From assembly GCA_045837725.1 (NCBI GenBank), contig JBEWZL010000198.1, forward strand, positions 173,379-193,378: a stretch of DNA of 20,000 nt. Reading direction: 5' to 3'. The notes beneath the pieces were generated by a model. The model was not told where the DNA came from. It saw nothing but the letters and a program-made list of their open reading frames with translations, and searched no databases. The position numbers were made by a program, and so were the translations under genes. Source of the DNA: Vermamoeba vermiformis. Lineage: Eukaryota. Below, piece after piece: positions 17,122-20,000 of this stretch. The number at the start of each line of letters is the position of its first letter. Position 1 is the stretch's first letter.

Positions 17122-20000
17122 ATGGTGCATCCAATTGTGGCTACGCTCTTAGCGTTCACTCTGTGCCTTACAATTGCCCATAGCACTCTTGTGATTAAAA
17201 AAGAGCGCTTCTCTGCACCACGTGACGCAGTTGGAGCGATCCGAGTTGCAGATCAATTTTATTTTGCTGGTGGCTTCGAGTTCAACAATTATGTTCCCAC
17301 AAATATCGTCGAAATATACAATATAACATCAGGAGAATGGGAAGAGCCGATTTTCTTGGAAGAGCCTCGTGGACTCATCTCAACAGCTGTCATCGGCCAA
17401 AATATTTACTTTGTTGGCGGAACACGCTTCCCAAATTCATGTGCAATGCTTTACAACTCGTCTTTACATCAATACGAAGACATTGGATGTGGCCCTACTG
17501 TTCGGACGCCAATTCAAGTCTCGAATCACAACTCAACAGTGACAGTTCTCGGAGCGTTCTCCGCTGACTTCTTCAACTCTTCGAAGCAATGGGAATACAT
17601 ACCAACTCTAACATCATGGATGCAAGGAATCAGTGGAGGGATCAAGTTCGTGCACGAAAACTTCGTAGTTGGCATTGGAGGTGTCAACACAACGACACTC
17701 GAATCGATCTATGACGCGTGGATCTACGACACCGATGGACGCAACTTGACAGTATTGAACAGCGTCATTACAACAAATAATCTCAATTCGACTTTTGGCT
17801 TCACTGGAGCTCATGGTAGACTTGTCGTTTACTCGTATGACAGGTACTTTGTGCATCAGTTTGGCACGGAAGAATGGCGCGAAGTTCTCCTAGACAGTCC
17901 GACACAGGCAGTAGTACTCAGTGACGTGGCGTTTGTGTTCAATAGATACGGATACAGCGTTTATGATTGGAGCACCAACGTCGCCAACTGGACGGCCAAA
18001 ACATTCCAAAACGTACTGTCGTTCGAAAATCAATTAGTGCTGGTTGACAATTTTGCGCTTGATATCTACGAAGCTGGATCGTGGAGTTCCATGGGGTTAA
18101 CCAATCAAGTTATTCAGGCGTATCGTTGGTTTGACAAGTACATCTTTTACAATCCTGCAGACGATCTGCGTGTCTACGACTCGAAGGCAAGATCAATCTC
18201 AATAATACCAAGCACAAAAACTGATTACTGGTCGTCAATAGTACCAGTAGATTCCAACACCGTAGTTCTGTTTTGGCCGGGAGGAAACGCTTCAATTTTC
18301 AATTACGAGACGCAGTACTTATCTCCTGCACTTCCAGTAAATTTCCTCGGCTACTTTGCAATTGGAACAGATATCATCAATCTGAACAACCAATTATCTT
18401 GGATCAACTTCAACGAAACTATTACTATTACAGCAATGCAATCATTACAATCGAATGACCACACCGCTCTTGCGCAAATGGGAGTTCGAGAGCGATACCA
18501 AAAGATCAATGTATACAATTACAAGACTAAGACGTGGCTACCAGATATAGAACTGCAACTGAAACAGGCAGACCCGAGGTTAGCTTTCTCTCCGGTGATG
18601 GTCATTGACGACGTGCTCATTGCATTGCTGGGACAGTACACGTATCGATACAACACTACAAGCGGTGAATTGCTTCAAGTATATGACGGCCAATTGTCCT
18701 TCTACTTCACTGTCAACGCAGTGCCCGTGGTTGATGGTGTGGGCTATTTGCCGAGCCTCGTAGTTTCCGTAATCCTTTGTGTCAATTCAACTTCGATCGA
18801 ACGTGTTCCACAACCAGGCGAAGATTCAACATGGCAGTTTGTGACTAAAGATAATGTCATGCATATTTCAACGTCGACTACTGGATCAAATTTCATGAAT
18901 ATTTACACGTACGACATCAATACCGGAACCATGGACACTTATGCGTTGCCAAGGCCTCAAGACAAGTTATCAATTGCAATCGTTGACAGTACTCTGGTGG
19001 CATTAGGCAGCGACGGACTGGCATACGCGGTGAATCTAAACGACAAATCAATCTGGTACACAGTACCGTTCCAATACGGCTTCGTTTCAACAATATCAAC
19101 AGGATTGCAAGATAGGACAGTCATGGTGGCAGGAGGAAAGCACTATCAACTTGGACATTACACAGACGAGATATTGTTCCTCAACGCATCCGTTATCCTC
19201 GAGTCTGATGTCATCGTTGATCTCACACCTCATGCGTCGAACAATGATACAACTCCGAACAACAGCCAAGCACTGACTGACGGAGAGCTCGCAGCAGCAA
19301 TTGTAGTGCCTGTAGTCGTTATCATTGGAGGTGTCATAGCGCTCATAGTCGTATTGATCAAGAGAAGACGCGGCAACAAGAAGAAAGGCTCATCAAGCAC
19401 TGTTGGTCTCGAGGCACGATATGGAGCATGGTTCACTCCGTTCAATCAGATCACTTTCAAAGAGCAGCTCGGTCAAGGAGCGTCGGGTCAAGTGTTCAAA
19501 GGCACTTGGAAGAACACAACAGTTGCACTCAAAGTGAGCATGACTCAAGCAAACACGAGTGTCATCGCTGAACTCGAACTCATGATGCAACTCAGACCTC
19601 ATCCAAATGTCGTTCAATTGCTTGGTTTTAGCGTGCATCCAGAGACAGACAGCATCATTTTGATCATCGAGTTCTGTGAAGGCGGTTCGCTCGATGCCAA
19701 GTTGTACAACGAAACAACAAAGATGTCATTCAGCGATCAAGTTCAATGGCTTGTTGGTGTTGCAAAAGGACTCAGTCACTTGCATTCGAACAATGTCGTG
19801 CACAGAGATGTTGCTGCGAGGAACGTGTTACTTGACAGAAACGAACCAAAACTGACTGACTTTGGCATGTCACGACTCGTTGATGAACAAAAACAACACG
19901 GAACAACAAAGTCAGAACTTGGACCAATCAGATGGATGTCACCAGAGTCGTTGAAGAACAAAGAGTACTCCACAAAATCAGGTACGATTTGGCACTTTGA
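17122..20000 (+). CDS. Kelch-ectodomain receptor tyrosine kinase, copy 5 (divergent), 3'-partial. Exon 17122-19981, kinase intron begins at 19982
   Basis: Absent from the ORF track because no stop occurs inside the window. Manual translation: MVHPIVATLLAFTLCLTIAHS (signal), ..FYFAGGFEFNNYVPTNIVEIYNITSGEW.., TM LAAAIVVPVVVIIGGVIALIVVLI-KRRR, HRDVAARN, DFGMSR, PIRWMSPE, YSTKS-G|gtacga at the same intron position as the other copies. Confidence 0.92.
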   Translation, partial: MVHPIVATLLAFTLCLTIAHSTLVIKKERFSAPRDAVGAIRVADQFYFAGGFEFNNYVPTNIVEIYNITSGEWEEPIFLEEPRGLISTAVIGQNIYFVGGTRFPNSCAMLYNSSLHQYEDIGCGPTVRTPIQVSNHNSTVTVLGAFSADFFNSSKQWEYIPTLTSWMQGISGGIKFVHENFVVGIGGVNTTTLESIYDAWIYDTDGRNLTVLNSVITTNNLNSTFGFTGAHGRLVVYSYDRYFVHQFGTEEWREVLLDSPTQAVVLSDVAFVFNRYGYSVYDWSTNVANWTAKTFQNVLSFENQLVLVDNFALDIYEAGSWSSMGLTNQVIQAYRWFDKYIFYNPADDLRVYDSKARSISIIPSTKTDYWSSIVPVDSNTVVLFWPGGNASIFNYETQYLSPALPVNFLGYFAIGTDIINLNNQLSWINFNETITITAMQSLQSNDHTALAQMGVRERYQKINVYNYKTKTWLPDIELQLKQADPRLAFSPVMVIDDVLIALLGQYTYRYNTTSGELLQVYDGQLSFYFTVNAVPVVDGVGYLPSLVVSVILCVNSTSIERVPQPGEDSTWQFVTKDNVMHISTSTTGSNFMNIYTYDINTGTMDTYALPRPQDKLSIAIVDSTLVALGSDGLAYAVNLNDKSIWYTVPFQYGFVSTISTGLQDRTVMVAGGKHYQLGHYTDEILFLNASVILESDVIVDLTPHASNNDTTPNNSQALTDGELAAAIVVPVVVIIGGVIALIVVLIKRRRGNKKKGSSSTVGLEARYGAWFTPFNQITFKEQLGQGASGQVFKGTWKNTTVALKVSMTQANTSVIAELELMMQLRPHPNVVQLLGFSVHPETDSIILIIEFCEGGSLDAKLYNETTKMSFSDQVQWLVGVAKGLSHLHSNNVVHRDVAARNVLLDRNEPKLTDFGMSRLVDEQKQHGTTKSELGPIRWMSPESLKNKEYSTKSGTIWHF

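Larger units (their letters stand above)
2556..20000 (+). repeat. Tandem gene array of at least 5 units, ATG-to-ATG spacing 3613, 3605, 3607, 3741 bp
   Basis: Start codons at 2556, 6169, 9774, 13381, 17122; shared kinase sequence in all units. Confidence 0.95.

Noticed and set aside
4656-19973. Recurrent short antisense and alternative-frame ORFs (MNGVNHAP.., MEYSLFFN.., MDSS..)
   Set aside because: They recur only because the underlying RTK coding sequence is repeated; shadow ORFs without independent evidence.
2556-20000. Diversity-generating retroelement, CRISPR or transposon-driven diversification of the ectodomains
   Set aside because: No reverse transcriptase, transposase, TR/VR pair with adenine-specific changes, or repeat-spacer array is visible in the window.

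Overview
Eukaryotic, intron-containing and gene-dense DNA, most likely from a non-metazoan protist (inferred; no taxon can be fixed from sequence alone). The first 2.3 kb hold a head-to-head pair of spliced genes: a DeSI/PPPDE-family cysteine peptidase (minus strand, runs off the left edge) and a ~223-aa ankyrin-repeat protein (plus strand). The rest is a tandem array of five co-oriented receptor kinase genes with a ~3.6-kb period. Each encodes a signal peptide, a ~700-aa Kelch-like/beta-propeller ectodomain, a single TM helix and a kinase with tyrosine-kinase signatures (HRDxAARN, PIRWMSPE), with a shared phase-1 intron in the kinase. Copy 1 is frameshifted, copies 2-4 are recent near-duplicates, and copy 5 is divergent, missing from the ORF track and truncated by the window end. 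Highlights: (i) the Kelch-RTK architecture with homogenised kinase and N-terminal blocks flanking a highly variable ectodomain; (ii) a 49-nt GT-AG insertion found only in copy 4, flanked by a perfect 10-bp direct repeat, which looks like a recent intron gain; (iii) mosaic ancestry of kinase insert, intron and C-terminus across copies; (iv) a very tyrosine-poor cytoplasmic region.
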